Assembly: GCA_937924195.1 (NCBI GenBank)
Contig: CALDVP010000066.1
Span: 1-50,759, forward strand
From: an uncultured Lysobacterales bacterium
GTDB lineage: Bacteria; Pseudomonadota; Gammaproteobacteria; Xanthomonadales; Ahniellaceae
Direction of reading: 5' to 3'
DNA: 50,759 nucleotides
Shown: in pieces, positions 48,965 through 50,759 of the stretch
Layout: each line of letters opens with the position of its first letter
Position numbering within the stretch: position 1 is the first letter of the stretch
Notes under the pieces: model-generated
Seen by the model: only the letters and a program-made list of their open reading frames with translations
Told to the model about the DNA's origin: nothing
The model's database searches: none
Position numbers and translations under genes: made by a program

Positions 48965-50458
48965 TCACCTCACGCCGTGCATCAGGCGGTTGATCAGCGG
49001 CGCGGCGATGAAATAGATCGCCCCCATGACGAGTCCGATCCAGAACAGCTGTTCGAACACTGTCACGTAGCCCGCGGCACCGAGCGCCGCATCGCCGCCG
49101 TGACTGCCGACCAGCGCCGCCATCCGGCCAGCGACGAAGTTGCCCATCGCGACCGACAGGAACCACCCGCCCATCGCAAGGCCCGTCTCACCCGGATGCG
49201 CGAGCCGCGTGACCATCGCGAGGCCAATCGGCGACAGGCACAGCTCGCCGGTGGTGTGGATCAGGTAGGTCAGCATCAGCCAGGCCCAATGGACCTTGCC
49301 GTCGGGGCCTGCAAAGAGCTGCATCGCCAGCACCAGCACGCCGAAGCCCAGCGCCGCCTGCACCAGGCCCAGCGCGAACTTGCGCGGCGTCGACGGATTC
49401 ATCGCGATCCGGTCGAGCCGCGGCCAGATCATCGCGAACACCGGCGCCAGCGCGATGATGAAGAGCGCGTTGACCGATTGAAACGCGGTGTAGTGGATCT
49501 CGAACAGGCCGAAGAACGAGCGGTCCGCGAGGTCGCGCGCGAAGAAGTTCAGAGACGACCCGGCCTGCTCGAACAGTGCCCAGAAGCACATGTTGGCGAC
49601 GAACAGCAGCAACATCGCGACGTAACGGTCGCGCTGGCCGGCGCCGTGGCGAAACCCGCTGACGACGAACCACACCGCGAGTCCCAGCATCATCGCGATC
49701 AGCACACCGCCAAGCACGTTGCTCTTGCTCAGCAGGATATACACCGGCGCGACCAGCACCAGCGCCCCGACCAGCACCAGCGCGACGCCGCCGAAGCCCT
49801 TTCGCCCTTCCGGCGCCTTGCCGACGCCGTGCAGCCAGGCCTTCAGGAACTGAAACACGGTCAGCCCGAAGATCATTCCGACGCCGGCCGCGAAGAAGCC
49901 CCACTGATACCCGAAGCGCGCGCCGATCAGGGTCCCGCAGATGATCGGCGCGAGGAAGGCGCCGGCGTTGATGCCCATGTAGAAGATCGTGAAGCCCGAA
50001 TCGCGGCGCACGTCGTCGGGCGCGTAGAGCTTGCCGACCATGGTCGAGATGTTCGGCTTGAACAGGCCGTTACCGACCACGATCACCGCGAGCCCCACGA
50101 GAAAGGTGGTCAGGTCCGGCGCCATCAACATGAACAGACCCGCCGCCATCAGCGCCCCGCCGAGCAGGATCGAGCGCTGATAGCCGAGGATCCGGTCGGC
50201 GACGAAACCGCCGGCGATGCCGGTCATGTAGACCAGCGAGGTGTAGCCGCCGTAAGCGAGACTCGCCTGTTCCTGGGCTTCGGCTGCGCCGAGGTGGGCG
50301 AAGAAAGCCTGCGCCACGTAGACCGCGAGGAAGGCGCGCATGCCGTAGTAGGCGAAACGCTCCCAGAACTCCGCTCCGAACAGCATCCACAGTCCGCGCG
50401 GGTGGCCGAGGAATTCCTCGCTGCCCGCCGTGCGCACCGCACCGCCCTGCTCGCCCAT
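48965..50458 (-). CDS. POT/PTR2-family di/tripeptide:proton symporter
   Basis: ORF 48965..50662(-) trimmed to the ATG at 50456-50458. PTR2 signature GAEFWERFAYYGMRA, with FYMGINAGAF as the second signature. About 14 TM helices. Confidence 0.88.
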   Translation of the reverse strand: MGEQGGAVRTAGSEEFLGHPRGLWMLFGAEFWERFAYYGMRAFLAVYVAQAFFAHLGAAEAQEQASLAYGGYTSLVYMTGIAGGFVADRILGYQRSILLGGALMAAGLFMLMAPDLTTFLVGLAVIVVGNGLFKPNISTMVGKLYAPDDVRRDSGFTIFYMGINAGAFLAPIICGTLIGARFGYQWGFFAAGVGMIFGLTVFQFLKAWLHGVGKAPEGRKGFGGVALVLVGALVLVAPVYILLSKSNVLGGVLIAMMLGLAVWFVVSGFRHGAGQRDRYVAMLLLFVANMCFWALFEQAGSSLNFFARDLADRSFFGLFEIHYTAFQSVNALFIIALAPVFAMIWPRLDRIAMNPSTPRKFALGLVQAALGFGVLVLAMQLFAGPDGKVHWAWLMLTYLIHTTGELCLSPIGLAMVTRLAHPGETGLAMGGWFLSVAMGNFVAGRMAALVGSHGGDAALGAAGYVTVFEQLFWIGLVMGAIYFIAAPLINRLMHGVR

Positions 50459-50619
50459 CGCGTCCCCCTCGCCGCGGACCCGCGACAGCCCCAATGGCCG
50501 CCGATCACCCCGCCGGAAGCCGCGCATTAAAGCACTTCGATCCGCTCGCGCGAATCTCCTGTCAGGCGATCGCTGCGGCCAAGGCCGACCGGTTGTCTCG
50601 TAACCTCCCCCGTAACCTC

Positions 50620-50759
50620 TGAACCGCCCCGGCTTTCCCGGAGGCTGTTTGGTTTGAGTCACGCTGCTTTGGGCAACGCAGCCTGTTGCCGATAGTAAGC
50701 CGCTTCGGCTTCCGCTGGCGGGATGTTCCCGATCGGCCCCAGCAGTCGGTGGTGATTGA
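50620..50759 (-). mobile_element. right end of an IS3-family (IS51/IS629-like) insertion sequence; element continues beyond the window
   Basis: The plus strand from 50620 reads TGAACCGCCCCGGCTTTCCCGGAGGC. This matches the TGAACCGCCCCGGG..TCC.GGAG terminal inverted repeat I recall for IS629-type elements. The transposase stop lies 39 nt inside this terminus. Confidence 0.7.
50659..50759 (-). CDS. IS3-family transposase (OrfB) C-terminal fragment, truncated by the window edge
   Basis: The reverse strand translates to ...NHHRLLGPIGNIPPAEAEAAYYRQQAALPKAA-stop (TGA at 50661-50659). The RRLL..IG.IPPAE.E..YY ending is typical of IS3-family integrase-core C-termini. Confidence 0.7.
   Translation of the reverse strand, partial: NHHRLLGPIGNIPPAEAEAAYYRQQAALPKAA

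Noticed and set aside
46890-50530. 708-aa (46890..49016) and 587-aa (48767..50530) plus-strand ORFs
   Set aside because: They are antisense to the NTase cassette, hppD and the POT transporter. Composition is dominated by Arg/Asp/His/Glu and no motifs are present, while the minus-strand genes have clear family signatures.

Overview
Very GC-rich gammaproteobacterial chromosome segment, with third codon positions almost all G/C. Gene content and order resemble Xanthomonadales/Lysobacterales. Most of the window is tightly packed core genome. Left to right it holds: a short exosortase-family gene; aroK-aroB-queD; a minus-strand GT2 glycosyltransferase/DUF3429/alpha-beta-hydrolase operon; pilB-pilC-pilD-coaE; a Nudix-ThiE-like fusion, secA and an M23 peptidase; a DciA-like gene; and a complete division/cell-wall (dcw) cluster on the minus strand (mraZ rsmH ftsL ftsI murE murF mraY ftsW murG murC ddl ftsQ ftsA ftsZ lpxC) that lacks murD. 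RNase P RNA (rnpB) lies divergent from mraZ. After rnpB comes a mixed stretch: secreted amidohydrolase, DUF4870, a SET-domain methyltransferase, DUF1857-like, DUF2784, an MFS transporter, apaG-apaH, and a GT-C-like membrane protein with atypical codon usage. Next is a long minus-strand run: hppD, a two-gene cassette, hmgA, rlmI-like, lgt, thyA, DUF2238, folA. The window ends with a POT peptide transporter and the terminal inverted repeat plus transposase 3' end of an IS3-family (IS51-group-like) element running off the edge. No CRISPR array, tRNA or rRNA was seen. The best candidate for an undescribed system is the overlapping two-gene cassette at 46833-47706. It pairs a small helical protein with a minimal DUF6036-like nucleotidyltransferase, sits between hppD and hmgA, and is ATGA-coupled to hmgA. 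Other points worth a second look: a 45-codon ORF bridging ftsL and ftsI; an unusually long lpxC-ftsZ spacer with an AT-rich palindrome; an unassigned 570-bp spacer next to the SET gene; the foreign-looking GT-C gene; and the pilBCD locus lacking a pilin gene. All family calls rest on motif recognition by eye; no database search was run. Many start codons were reassigned from the ORF track using homology expectations, RBS and start/stop overlaps.
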